A stretch of 63,623 nucleotides of DNA, the filler included, from an uncultured Methanosarcinales archaeon (lineage in GTDB: Archaea > Nanobdellota > Nanobdellia > Woesearchaeales > CAYXTQ01): assembly GCA_964608065.1 (NCBI GenBank). It is 5 parts of 5 records of this genome, joined end to end, with 100 filler letters (N's around TTAATTAATTAA, not from the genome) between each part and the next. Parts side by side here need not be neighbours in the genome. Positions count along the whole stretch, not along the records: positions 13,460 to 26,498 come from CAZSMA010000039.1; positions 26,599 to 39,315 come from CAZSMA010000040.1; 3 more parts are not named here. One strand, given 5' to 3'. Within the stretch, counting starts at the first letter, position 1, and each line of letters begins with the position of its first letter. Below are positions 19,880 through 29,755 of this stretch, piece after piece. The position numbers and the translations under genes were made by a program. Below the pieces are notes generated by a model that ran no database searches, had not been told where the DNA came from, and saw only the letters and a list, made by a program, of their open reading frames with translations.

Positions 19880-20152
19880 TCAAACTTTATAGACAGTATC
19901 TCCTTCTCTGGCGTGTTCTGGTATTTTAAGGCCAATAGACTGTTTTTTCTTTGCTTCTTCTACTTTCTTATGATCTATCTGCATTGACTCAACTTTCATT
20001 GTAAAATCACTTGTAGCTCCTTTTACCTTGATAGTATCTCCTGTCTTTAAAGTATCTTTTAGTTCAATTACAGCAACACTTATGTTTGCAAAATAATGTG
20101 CTACTTTTCCTATTTCCTTACCTAAATCTTCTTTTGCTTCTTCTTCTGCCAA
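19880..20152 (-). CDS. Small beta-barrel protein (translation-factor-II / U32 C-terminal like)
   Basis: 'IGKVAHYF..ISVAVIEL..L..GD.I..KG.T.DF...V.SMQ'; TTG start after GGGGGTGA. Confidence 0.8.
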   Translation of the reverse strand: MAEEEAKEDLGKEIGKVAHYFANISVAVIELKDTLKTGDTIKVKGATSDFTMKVESMQIDHKKVEEAKKKQSIGLKIPEHAREGDTVYKV

Positions 20153-20252
20153 AATATCACCCCCTATGCAAATGTAATACTAACTAATATTTAAATTATT
20201 TGTAAATAGGAAACTAAAAATTTAAATATATGAATTGTTTTTAATAGGTTAT

Positions 20253-20537
20253 ATGGATGAAAGATTACAATGGATTATAGCTGGAATTATCGTTCTTTTT
20301 ATATTTAGTAGAATCATTAGATTTCTTTTGGGAAAAAAAGTTAAGCAACAAGCTGGTCAGCAAAATGGTGCATTAAAAAAAAAAACTCAAGACAGATTAG
20401 GAAGAGATGCAGCAGCAGAACAACAAATAGCTAATCAGTTAAAGAACACAAAAGATCCTAATAAAAGAAAAGAACTTCTAAAACAAGCTGGTCGGGTTGC
20501 AAAAGATGAAGAAGCTGCAGCAAAAAAAGGAGCTTAA
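20253..20537 (+). CDS. Single-TM hypothetical protein
   Basis: N-terminal hydrophobic helix, basic helical tail. Confidence 0.6.
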   Translation: MDERLQWIIAGIIVLFIFSRIIRFLLGKKVKQQAGQQNGALKKKTQDRLGRDAAAEQQIANQLKNTKDPNKRKELLKQAGRVAKDEEAAAKKGA

Positions 20538-20545
20538 TTCTTACA

Positions 20546-20959
20546 ATGAAAGAAATCTCTGCAGGAGCTATTATTTTTTCTAAAGATAAAAAAAGAAAAT
20601 ATTTATTATTATATTATCCTGGAAACCATTGGGATTTTCCTAAAGGAAATATTGAAAAAAGGGAAGAAGAAAAAGAAACTGTAATCAGAGAAGTAAAAGA
20701 AGAAACTGGGATTAAAGCCCTAAACTTTATTGAAGGCTTTAAAGAAAAAGTCAGCTATTCTTATAAAAGAAAGAAGAAAGTTATTCATAAGGAAGTAATA
20801 TTTTATCTAGCTGAAACTGAACAAAAAGAAATTAAATTAAGCCATGAGCACAAGGATTTTGACTGGTTAGAGTATGATAAAGCTATGGAAAGACTTACTT
20901 TCAAGAATGCAAAAGATATTTTGAAAAAAGCAGAAGATTATCTCACTCTAATATCATGA
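20546..20959 (+). CDS. NUDIX hydrolase (Ap4A hydrolase-like)
   Basis: 'WDFPKG...E...T..REV.EETG', 'LSHEH'. Confidence 0.93.
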   Translation: MKEISAGAIIFSKDKKRKYLLLYYPGNHWDFPKGNIEKREEEKETVIREVKEETGIKALNFIEGFKEKVSYSYKRKKKVIHKEVIFYLAETEQKEIKLSHEHKDFDWLEYDKAMERLTFKNAKDILKKAEDYLTLIS

Positions 20960-21151
20960 TTTTATTTTATTTTTAATACATAAATGCTCTTCTACAGCTA
21001 TGATATGTTTGCATTTACCATGTCTTTTGATTTCTCTGAATAAAAAATCAGGACAATCACAGAATGGCTGTTCTATATTAACTTCATAGAACTTACTTTT
21101 TCTGGAACTTTCAACTTTAAACTTCTCATCACTTATTTTTTGGATTTTCAC
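20954..21151 (-). CDS. SWIM zinc-finger protein
   Basis: CDCPDF...CKHI. Confidence 0.85.
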   Translation of the reverse strand: MKIQKISDEKFKVESSRKSKFYEVNIEQPFCDCPDFLFREIKRHGKCKHIIAVEEHLCIKNKIKS

Positions 21152-21672
21152 TTTAAATTTTTAACTTTCTTTTTTAATAACATTAATTTCTTAACTCCAT
21201 ATTCTCCTAAATCTCTGTGAAACCTTTCAACAACTTTTTTCCAAGGAACTTCTTTAGAGCCAAAAACAAAATTATCAGCATAGCATATGATATATTCTTC
21301 TTTTGTTAAGGGAATGTAGCATTTGTTTTTTGGCAAAGGAAGCTTTTGGTCTTTGATATCTTTTTTATTGATTCCAGCACCAATATGACGTTCGCAAACA
21401 TTAGCATGTTTTTTTAGTCCATGTTTTCTAAGTATTTTCGCTCCATAAATACCATGCTTTATAATATCTTTTTTGAAATATTTGAAACGACCTATGTCGT
21501 GGAGAATAGATGCTGTTTTAATGAATTCTTTATCGCAATCAATATTATTAGCTATCCTCAAAGCAACTTGCTGAACTTTTTTAGAATGAGCTAAAACTAT
21601 CTTAAACGCTTTCTCATTAGGAGAATATTTTCTAAGTAAGTTTATGGCTTGTTCTTCTGTTATTTTTTCCAT
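21148..21672 (-). CDS. HD-domain (HDIG) phosphohydrolase
   Basis: HS, LHDIGR, HG..G, RHIGAG, YAD; start placed at MEKITEE. Confidence 0.9.
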   Translation of the reverse strand: MEKITEEQAINLLRKYSPNEKAFKIVLAHSKKVQQVALRIANNIDCDKEFIKTASILHDIGRFKYFKKDIIKHGIYGAKILRKHGLKKHANVCERHIGAGINKKDIKDQKLPLPKNKCYIPLTKEEYIICYADNFVFGSKEVPWKKVVERFHRDLGEYGVKKLMLLKKKVKNLK

Positions 21673-21737
21673 ATTGGTTCTGTAGAAAGAGTTGAAATAA
21701 AAACCTTTTGAAAAGAAAAGAAAAGAAAAAATTGAAG

Positions 21738-21798
21738 GGGCTCCTTGAATTCGTAATATGTGGGGGTGGTTACGAGAAATAAGGGTAACAAGGAGCCC
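21738..21798. other. GC-rich branched stem-loop (possible terminator or sRNA)
   Basis: GGGCTCCTTG/CAAGGAGCCC outer stem, TCGTAA/TTACGA inner stem, U-tract downstream on the minus strand. Confidence 0.55.
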
Positions 21799-21807
21799 TA
21801 TAAACAT

Positions 21808-22218
21808 TCAGTTCTTTTTAATATTGAATGGAGGCTTTCTTAAGTCTTGTAGCCACATCAATCCAATCCTTATCATCTCCTTATTGAAATTCTCGCTTAA
21901 TTTGTATGTTTTCTTGTAAAGATCATAATCTATTATACCCATTGATTTCATTGGAGTCAATATCCTATCATAAAACTGCCTTTTGTTATAGGAAATCTTG
22001 ACTTTTTTTCCTTTAAATGCAGGTTCATCAATCTGGGTTATCAAATTGCCTTCATGCAATTTTGTTGCAAACATCGACATCTCTGTCTTCCCTATTTCCC
22101 TGCTGTTTGACTTAATATGGTCTATCAAAAGCTTTGCAACTATCTTCTGCTGCTTTGTCGCAAATATCACTTCATATACATCTTCAGGTAAATTGAACCT
22201 GTCAAACAGTATTACCAT
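21808..22218 (-). CDS. Hypothetical protein, probable winged helix
   Basis: 136 aa, 'FYDRILTPMKSMGIIDY...YKLS'. Confidence 0.7.
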   Translation of the reverse strand: MVILFDRFNLPEDVYEVIFATKQQKIVAKLLIDHIKSNSREIGKTEMSMFATKLHEGNLITQIDEPAFKGKKVKISYNKRQFYDRILTPMKSMGIIDYDLYKKTYKLSENFNKEMIRIGLMWLQDLRKPPFNIKKN

Positions 22219-22296
22219 AAAAACAGAGAAGTAGCAATAGTATATAAATGTTTTGTTTTTTGTATGTTAGTATAGGAATTTGTATATTAGTTCTAT

Positions 22297-24165
22297 CTAT
22301 AAATTAAAGAAATCCTTAACTTCTTCAACATAATCTCTAGTTATCTTCATATTCCAGTCAGGAGGAAAACATTTCATATAACCAGGCCATACATACCTTT
22401 CATCAAGAAAAACAACAATACCTTTATCTGTTTCTGATCTAATACATCTTCCTGCAGCTTGCAATGATTTAGTTACAGCAGGCAATATATAGCCATAATC
22501 CCAGCCTTTAGAATATTTTTTATCATAATAGTTGATCAATTCTTTAGTCTCTAAATCAGGTGGTTGCAATGGAAGTCCAACTACAATAACACATTTCAAT
22601 AAATCACCCGGCAAGTCAATGCCTTCTGAAAAATTAGCAGCAGCTACTGCCAAAAGAACAGAACCAACTTTCTTATATTTCTTGAACTTATCCAGCAAAT
22701 CATTTTTCTCTTTTTTTTTTAAATTAGGATTTTCCAGAAAAATTGTTTTTGTAGATTTTGGAGAAAAATAATTATCAACAGAATTCCTCAAACTATAACT
22801 AGGAAAAAATATTGCGCTATTACCTGGAACTGAATTTGTAATTTTAGAACAAATATCTGCAATAGCTTTATACTGCTCTTGATTTCTAGCAGTAAACTTT
22901 GTTGTTGTCTCTGGAATAATCAAACTTAGCTTATTCTCCTGTGGAAATGGGTTTTTGTAAACTCTTTCTATTGTATTCTCAGGAAATCCTAAAATATCTT
23001 TATACATTGAAGTAGGAGCCAAAGTTCCAGACATAATAATTGTTGAATGTGATTTCTTGATTATTTCTCCAGCAACAATAGAAGGATCTAAGCATCTGTA
23101 AGATAGAGTAAGCCATGGCTGTCTTTTATATTGCTTTACTGACAATATCCTTGAAAAACCAGTATCTTCTCCCTGCCATAATTCCAAAAACAAAGCAATA
23201 GAGCCAATATAACTTTGTTTTTTCACTAATCTTATTTGGTCTCCTGCAAATTCCAGATCTGCTAATAACTCGTCATAATCTTTTATTTTATTAACTTTTT
23301 TTACAAAATCTTCTTTCTTTATTAGTTTTTCTTGTCCTAATCCCATATCCTTTGAGAACTCATTCAAAATTTCCTGTATTTCAATCAAATATATTATCAG
23401 CTCTTTCTTATTCTCTATTTTTGCTTCTTTTATTGCTCTTTTTATTGCTAAGTTCGAAAGATTAGTAGATAACAAATCCCTGATCCTGTTAGGAAGATTA
23501 TGTCCTTCATCCACAATTATTATTGAATTCTCTAATTTTTTGTTTACTTTTCTCAAAAAATTTTCATTCAATCCAGGATGAAACAAATGATGATAATCAC
23601 AGACAATAATCTGGGATTCTTTTGCCAAAGCAATTGAAAATTCATATGGGCAAAGTTTTTCATTTTTGCATAAACTAATTGCTTCTTCAGTATGCACTGG
23701 TGATTTAACAGCTACATTTGTCAAAATACTTTTTGCTTTAGTGTCCAATCCTCCAGTTTTCTTCTTTGTATTAACATAAAATTCGCAAACATAATCTTCT
23801 CTTTGTGATTTACAGAATTCCATAAATTCATTTGTCTTTAGATCAGAAGTATTAGGCAGAGCACACATCCACTTTCTTCCGATTAAATCTGTAGCAGTAA
23901 AATCAACATCGTGCTTTTCCTTTATTTCTTTTAATGTGTCTATTGCAATAATATGCTGTGTGTGTCTTGATGTCAAAAAAAAAATATTTAGTTTTTTATG
24001 CAGAGCATATTCCAATGCTGGAGATAAAATCGCTACAGTTTTCCCTAACCCGGTTGGAGCGTGAGCTATAAGGTGCTGTTTGTTTTTAATAGCTGATTCT
24101 ACATCTGTAATTAGTTTATCCTGCTCCTTTCTTATAGAAGAATGAGGGAAAAGATTTTTTTTCAT
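22297..24165 (-). CDS. XPD/Rad3/DinG-family Fe-S helicase
   Basis: APTGLGKT, Fe-S Cys incl. CPY, DEGH, SGTL, QAAGRCIR. Confidence 0.95.
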   Translation of the reverse strand: MKKNLFPHSSIRKEQDKLITDVESAIKNKQHLIAHAPTGLGKTVAILSPALEYALHKKLNIFFLTSRHTQHIIAIDTLKEIKEKHDVDFTATDLIGRKWMCALPNTSDLKTNEFMEFCKSQREDYVCEFYVNTKKKTGGLDTKAKSILTNVAVKSPVHTEEAISLCKNEKLCPYEFSIALAKESQIIVCDYHHLFHPGLNENFLRKVNKKLENSIIIVDEGHNLPNRIRDLLSTNLSNLAIKRAIKEAKIENKKELIIYLIEIQEILNEFSKDMGLGQEKLIKKEDFVKKVNKIKDYDELLADLEFAGDQIRLVKKQSYIGSIALFLELWQGEDTGFSRILSVKQYKRQPWLTLSYRCLDPSIVAGEIIKKSHSTIIMSGTLAPTSMYKDILGFPENTIERVYKNPFPQENKLSLIIPETTTKFTARNQEQYKAIADICSKITNSVPGNSAIFFPSYSLRNSVDNYFSPKSTKTIFLENPNLKKKEKNDLLDKFKKYKKVGSVLLAVAAANFSEGIDLPGDLLKCVIVVGLPLQPPDLETKELINYYDKKYSKGWDYGYILPAVTKSLQAAGRCIRSETDKGIVVFLDERYVWPGYMKCFPPDWNMKITRDYVEEVKDFFNL

Positions 24166-24288
24166 CACTTATCATGAAAACCAAATTGTTTATAAGTTTT
24201 ATGAAATTAAAACCGAAACCTTTAAATATATGCTACAAAACATATATTTTCTAAAGATTATAATAAAAGAGTGATTGGGGGTTGCTAA

Positions 24289-24558
24289 ATGACTGATGAA
24301 AAAATATTTACTGTTTTTTTTAGAGAAAAGCCAGCTATGATGTTAGTAGGATTAAAGAATGCAAAATCTGAAATCTATGCTTCTTCTCTGGCAAAAAATA
24401 TTGACTGCACTTACAGTCATGTTGTTAAGATACTACAGCAAATGGAAAAATCAGGATTAATAAATTTCGAAAAACAGGGAAGACTAAAATTATTGACATT
24501 GACTAAGAAAGGTTCTGAAGTAGCAGAACATATTGATGGTATTAGAACTGTATTATAA
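24289..24558 (+). CDS. MarR-like winged-HTH regulator
   Basis: 'YASSLAK..DCTYSHV.K.L..ME..GLI...K.GR...LT.KG'. Confidence 0.85.
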   Translation: MTDEKIFTVFFREKPAMMLVGLKNAKSEIYASSLAKNIDCTYSHVVKILQQMEKSGLINFEKQGRLKLLTLTKKGSEVAEHIDGIRTVL

Positions 24559-24604
24559 ATTCTAAAATAAAAATTTTAAAAATAAAAAAAAAAAAAAAGA
24601 GGTG

Positions 24605-26014
24605 CTAGTTTTTAGAATATTTTTCTAAAACACTTACAGCTTTCTCTAAAAAAATAGTTTCCTTATCTGTTGGCAGCAAAGCTCCTGCAGCCTCCATATG
24701 CCCTCCTGCCTCAGTTTCATCTATACCTTCACAAATTTCTGTAACTATTTTTTTTAAATCAACATTATTATTGCTGCCTATCATCCTTAAAGAAGCCTTA
24801 GAATTATTATCAGAATTTCTTGCTAATGATAAAATAAATGTTCCTTCCTTGAAATCATTTGATTTTGAGAGTATGGAAGCAAGAGTTCCTATAACTGTTG
24901 CTAATACATTATCTCTTGCATTGATTATTATAAAATTCTTTTTTTTTATTATAGCATCTGAATCTAAATTAGCCTTGTACCATCTTATAGCATTAACTAT
25001 CTCTTTCTTATATTCTGTTAACACCTTTATAGCCTTTCTTCTTGCTGTTTTATTTCCCAGACAAACATTAATTCCAACAGAAGGTTTTTTCATTCTACCG
25101 CATGCATTAAGCATTGTTGAAAATTCTTTAACAGTCCTGAATGTAGTTCCCTTCTCCTCATCAACTAAAACATACCTGTTTGACAAAACATTCTCAGGAT
25201 TTTCTAATCCAGACCTTTTTACAACAATTGCTGCTATCATTTTTTTTACTTCTTCATCTGTAAGGTCAATTATTTTTTTCCAATAATTTCCTTTTCTTGG
25301 ATCAATACCCACTTCCTGAAGAAATTGAATAGCTCCTGACTCTGAGCCAGAAACTCCTGGAATATAAGGATCTGAACAATATTCTAAGATTTTATGCAAT
25401 GGTTTTGTATGAGCTCCAAACACCCTTAATCCTCTGCTCTGCTTTATTCTTTTCTGATGTATAGCTTCCTGCAAAATTTCATTATTAAGATGCTTAAACC
25501 CCTCTTCCTCCTGTACATCACCTATTGCCCCAATAACAGCAATATGTGGCAGTAAAGATTCATTTGTCAGATATTTTGAAAAAAAGTAAACAACTCCTGA
25601 TCCAGAAATTTCTTTTCCTCCATCTATATCCAAAAGATGCGGATTAGCATGATATATATTATCATTAGTCTTTGATTCAGGCTGGTGATGATCCAGGATA
25701 AAAACTTTTTTATCTTTAAACAATTCATTTATTGTATTGATCTGTCCAGAACCGATATCTGTAAAAACATAGTAATTATATTTTTCCTTCACTAACTTAC
25801 TTAAAATATTTTTATTTAATTGCTGCACAATCGATATAATATATTTATAGTTCTCATGCTTTAAAGCATTGACCAAAATAGAAGCTGCGCAAATTCCATC
25901 AGAATCCAGATGAGAAACTACCCTTATAATTTCTTTTTTATCTATAGTCTTAAATTTATCAGCAACACTTTTAACATGCTCTTTAAATAGATTATATTTT
26001 TCCAATTTAAACAC
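24605..26014 (-). CDS. DHH-family phosphoesterase (archaeal RecJ/GAN-like)
   Basis: HLDSDG, DIGSG, LDHH, GGH..AAG; follows rps15. Confidence 0.92.
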   Translation of the reverse strand: MFKLEKYNLFKEHVKSVADKFKTIDKKEIIRVVSHLDSDGICAASILVNALKHENYKYIISIVQQLNKNILSKLVKEKYNYYVFTDIGSGQINTINELFKDKKVFILDHHQPESKTNDNIYHANPHLLDIDGGKEISGSGVVYFFSKYLTNESLLPHIAVIGAIGDVQEEEGFKHLNNEILQEAIHQKRIKQSRGLRVFGAHTKPLHKILEYCSDPYIPGVSGSESGAIQFLQEVGIDPRKGNYWKKIIDLTDEEVKKMIAAIVVKRSGLENPENVLSNRYVLVDEEKGTTFRTVKEFSTMLNACGRMKKPSVGINVCLGNKTARRKAIKVLTEYKKEIVNAIRWYKANLDSDAIIKKKNFIIINARDNVLATVIGTLASILSKSNDFKEGTFILSLARNSDNNSKASLRMIGSNNNVDLKKIVTEICEGIDETEAGGHMEAAGALLPTDKETIFLEKAVSVLEKYSKN

Positions 26015-26042
26015 TTATAAAAATAAAAAATAAAAAAAAAAA

Positions 26043-26498
26043 TTATTCCACAAACATGGAAACCTTTCTTCTGTCATATTTCCAGTCAACTGATAATTTC
26101 CTTGTTTTTTTATAATACTTCACTAATTTATTTATTTTTGACTCTGTAATCTGCAGTCCACGTAAAGAAGACATATCTTTCTTGTTTTCTTCAAGATGTT
26201 TTTTTAAGTTTGCGACTTTCTTGATTAATGACATCAGGTCTTCTGGAAGTTTTTTCTGTAATTTTCTTTCTTCCAGTATCTTGTTTATTCTCTTATTAGT
26301 CAACAGCTTTACACTAGGTACACCATAAGTATCTCTTAAAATAGTGCCTATCTTTGAAGGATTATGCCCTTCTTTTGCTAATTTAACTACCAACAGCTCT
26401 ATTTCTTTGGGTTTATGTCTTATCCATGTTGGTTTTTTTTGTTTTAACGGTTTTTTTGAGCCTGATTTACCTTTAGCTCTTGAATACATTCTTGCCAT
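26043..26498 (-). CDS. rps15: 30S ribosomal protein S15 (uS15/S13e)
   Basis: MARMYSR.KGKSGS, LRD.YG.P, LPEDL, ESKI..L..YY. Confidence 0.97.
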   Translation of the reverse strand: MARMYSRAKGKSGSKKPLKQKKPTWIRHKPKEIELLVVKLAKEGHNPSKIGTILRDTYGVPSVKLLTNKRINKILEERKLQKKLPEDLMSLIKKVANLKKHLEENKKDMSSLRGLQITESKINKLVKYYKKTRKLSVDWKYDRRKVSMFVE

Positions 26499-26598
26499 NN
26501 NNNNNNNNNNNNNNNNNNNNNNNNNNNNNNNNNNNNNNNNNNTTAATTAATTAANNNNNNNNNNNNNNNNNNNNNNNNNNNNNNNNNNNNNNNNNNNN
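26499..26598. other. Artificial contig linker
   Basis: N-run containing TTAATTAATTAA. Confidence 0.99.
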
Positions 26599-26640
26599 AT
26601 AGAATACTTAATAAATGATAAGAATTTGTATTATTTTCTT

Positions 26641-27063
26641 ATGAAAGACATACTATTAAGATATTTTAGATATAAAATAAATGCTTGTCCTTGGATAGAC
26701 ATTTCAATAATAAGAACTGAAAGACAAAATTTAGATGAAAGTGCAAAGAAACTTTTAGGTTTATATTCAAGAATAGAGAAAAATGAAGATATTTCTTTAA
26801 TGTTAAATGAATTAGAAGATAAAATTACAGTAAAAACCAATTTAATTAAAATTTGCTCTACTTGTTTACCCCAAGATTATGCTAATGAATTTCCTAATGG
26901 TCCTTTTGGTCTAGGTTATGGGAATTATTTTACAGCATTACCTAAAACAGAAAATAAATTAAATGACGAAGAATATATTAGAAGAGAACTGGAATTACAT
27001 AAAAATCTATACCCCTTATTTGTAGAATTTGCTAGAACCAATAAATTCAGGAACATCATATAA
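26641..27063 (+). CDS. Hypothetical protein
   Basis: 140-aa ORF with no recognisable motif. Confidence 0.5.
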   Translation: MKDILLRYFRYKINACPWIDISIIRTERQNLDESAKKLLGLYSRIEKNEDISLMLNELEDKITVKTNLIKICSTCLPQDYANEFPNGPFGLGYGNYFTALPKTENKLNDEEYIRRELELHKNLYPLFVEFARTNKFRNII

Positions 27064-27103
27064 CAAAGATTTAATAAATAAAGAGATTTTATCTAAGATA
27101 ATA

Positions 27104-28921
27104 ATGGTAAAAGAAACAATAACTAAGGCAGTTGCAGATTCCTCTATAATCACTGGAGGAATTCTTTCAAAAAGAATACAATCTAAAGAAATTTCTGTTT
27201 CAGAACTAATTATTCCAGAAGCTTTCATTTCAGTATTTGAACACATGGCTGGAAATGAAAAAGCCGTAGGTTTTATTGGTTTAGACGAATTAAAAGAATT
27301 AAGGGACATATTAGGGGATAAATTACATTTCAAAGGCAAACGTCCAACAGAATATGAAATAAAATATTTGAATTTGATTGGTTTAGATTCCTTAGCAAGA
27401 CAATTAGCATTTGATGAAGGTGCTATACTAATAACAACCAGTGATACAAAAGCTAATACAGCAGAAGCAAACGGCATTAAATCTTTATTGATTACAGCAG
27501 AGAAAGAATCAGTAATAACTAAATTGGAAAAATTATTTGATGAAACAACAATGAGTGTACATCTTAAAGAATCTTTAATCCCTTATGCAAAAAAAGGCAA
27601 GCCTGGCGAATGGAAATTCATGCCTATTCAAAAAGAGCCATTATCAAAAAAAGAAATAAAAGAGATTTCTCAAGAGATTATTGAAAGCCCAAGATTAAGA
27701 GATGATGCATTTATTGAAATTGAAAGAACTGGTAGCACAATAGTACAAATGGGATTGTTCAGGACAGTAATTACTCGTCCACCTTTCAGCGATGGCTGGG
27801 AAATTACTGCATCTCGTCCAATAAGAAAGTTGGACTTCAAGGAGTATAATATGAGCCCAGAACTTAAAGAAAGAATTATGCATGAAGCTTCAGGCTTAGT
27901 AATTGCAGGAGCCCCAGGATCTGGTAAAACAACTTTCGCAAGCGCATTAGCAGAATTTTATGCATCTATGGATAAGATTGTAAAAACAATTGAAGCTCCT
28001 CGTGACATGATATTAGGTCCTAAGATTACCCAGTATGCAATAAGCCACGGTGATGCTCAAGAAATTCATGACATATTATTATTATCAAGACCAGATTACA
28101 GTGTTTTTGATGAAATGCGTAACACATCAGACTTTGAATTATTCATAGATTTAAGATTAGCAGGAATTGGTTTAGCAGGAGTTATACACGCAACAAAACC
28201 TATTGACGCAGTTCAAAGATTTATTACAAGGACAGAATTAGGAGTTATCCCGCAAGTTATTGATACTTTGATTTTTATAGATAAAGGACAAATTGGAAAA
28301 GTTTTAAGCATTAACATGGCAGTCAAAGTTCCAACAGGTATGACTGAAGCAGACTTAGCTAGGCCAGTAGTAGAAGTAAAAGATTTTGAAACAAAACAAC
28401 TTGAATATGAAATGTACACTTATGGTGAACAAACAGTCATGATTCCTGTTATAGGTATTAGCCAAAAAAAATCAGGCATGAACAATTTAGCTGTAAGACA
28501 AATTGAAAATGCTTTTTCTAATTTAACTGATTCAGCTGAAGCAGAAATGGTAAGCCAACATAAAGCAATTGTTTATGTTGCTGATAAAGATCTTCCAAGA
28601 ATAATTGGTAAGCAAGGAAAAAATATTGAACAAATTGAGAAAGAACTAGGCATAAGAATTCAACTGGAGCCTATACAAAGTAAATCGAGACCTAACCAAA
28701 AAGCAATTAAATATAATTTAAAAGAGAGAGGCAATTATATCATCTTTAATACAGACAGAGGCGGAGACTCTATTGACACTTTCGTTGATGATGCTTATTT
28801 GTTTACATCAACAACAAGCAAGAAAGGTGAAATTAAAATTAACAAAAAAAGTCAACTTGGAAAATCTTTAATAAAAGCTCTTGATTTGAACAAAAAAATT
28901 GATTTAAAGGTGTCTGCATAA
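27104..28921 (+). CDS. PIN-ATPase-KH protein (PINA/MJ1533 family)
   Basis: N-terminal PIN, GAPGSGKTT, RPDY..FDEMR, KH 'IIGKQG'. Confidence 0.93.
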   Translation: MVKETITKAVADSSIITGGILSKRIQSKEISVSELIIPEAFISVFEHMAGNEKAVGFIGLDELKELRDILGDKLHFKGKRPTEYEIKYLNLIGLDSLARQLAFDEGAILITTSDTKANTAEANGIKSLLITAEKESVITKLEKLFDETTMSVHLKESLIPYAKKGKPGEWKFMPIQKEPLSKKEIKEISQEIIESPRLRDDAFIEIERTGSTIVQMGLFRTVITRPPFSDGWEITASRPIRKLDFKEYNMSPELKERIMHEASGLVIAGAPGSGKTTFASALAEFYASMDKIVKTIEAPRDMILGPKITQYAISHGDAQEIHDILLLSRPDYSVFDEMRNTSDFELFIDLRLAGIGLAGVIHATKPIDAVQRFITRTELGVIPQVIDTLIFIDKGQIGKVLSINMAVKVPTGMTEADLARPVVEVKDFETKQLEYEMYTYGEQTVMIPVIGISQKKSGMNNLAVRQIENAFSNLTDSAEAEMVSQHKAIVYVADKDLPRIIGKQGKNIEQIEKELGIRIQLEPIQSKSRPNQKAIKYNLKERGNYIIFNTDRGGDSIDTFVDDAYLFTSTTSKKGEIKINKKSQLGKSLIKALDLNKKIDLKVSA

Positions 28922-29664
28922 TGTTATACTTAATAGGATTAGGATTAGGTGATGAAAAAGATATCACAGTTAAAGGATTAGAAATTATTAGAAAATGTAA
29001 TTTTATTTATTTAGAAGCTTATACTTCTAAACTGCAAGTTGATATTAAAAACTTAGAAGATTTTTATGGTAAGAAAGTAATTCCTGCGGACAGAGAACTA
29101 GTTGAAAAAAGATTAGATGAAGAAATAATCTCAAAAGCAAAAGAAAACGATGTTGCTTTGCTAATTATAGGTGATGTATTCTCTGCCACAACCCACAACG
29201 CAGTTTTAGAAAGTGCTAAAGAAAAAGAAGTTGAAGTTAAAATCATACACAACACTTCAATCTTAACAGTAGTAGGAGATACTGGATTGTCATTATACAA
29301 ATTTGGCAAAACTGCCTCTATTCCTTTTGATAATGCAGAAGTTGAAGCACCTTATGATGTTTTGGTTGAAAACAAAGACATGCATACTTTATTTTTATTA
29401 GACTTAAATCCTTTGGCAGATAAGTTTATGACAGTCAAGGAAGCTATTGAGTATCTTTTAGTAGTTGAAGCTAAACGAAAATGCAAGGAGTTTGATGAAG
29501 AGAGTAAATGTGTAGGTTGTGCAGCTTTAGGCACAGATAATGCAGAGATTGTTTACGGCACAGCTAAGGAAGTTATGAAAGCTAAGTTAACTAAGTTTCC
29601 GCAATGCTTGATAGTTCCTGGAAAGCTACATTTCATGGAAGAAGAATTCTTAAATACGCTTTAG
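28921..29664 (+). CDS. dph5: Diphthine synthase
   Basis: LYLIGLGL, LEAYTS, GD.FSATTH, YKFG, HTL.LLD, PG.LHFME. Confidence 0.96.
   Translation: MLYLIGLGLGDEKDITVKGLEIIRKCNFIYLEAYTSKLQVDIKNLEDFYGKKVIPADRELVEKRLDEEIISKAKENDVALLIIGDVFSATTHNAVLESAKEKEVEVKIIHNTSILTVVGDTGLSLYKFGKTASIPFDNAEVEAPYDVLVENKDMHTLFLLDLNPLADKFMTVKEAIEYLLVVEAKRKCKEFDEESKCVGCAALGTDNAEIVYGTAKEVMKAKLTKFPQCLIVPGKLHFMEEEFLNTL
29627..29662 (+). repeat. attL of integrative element (3' end of dph5)
   Basis: tacatttcatggaagaagaattcttAaatacgcttt, 35/36 identical to 38797-38832. Confidence 0.92.
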
Positions 29665-29755
29665 TTATAAAGAATTTACCTAAATTTTACCTTAAATTTA
29701 CCTGTTTTTTACTTTGATTTTTGTTAGGGTCACTTTGAGGAAATCTTTAAAATAT

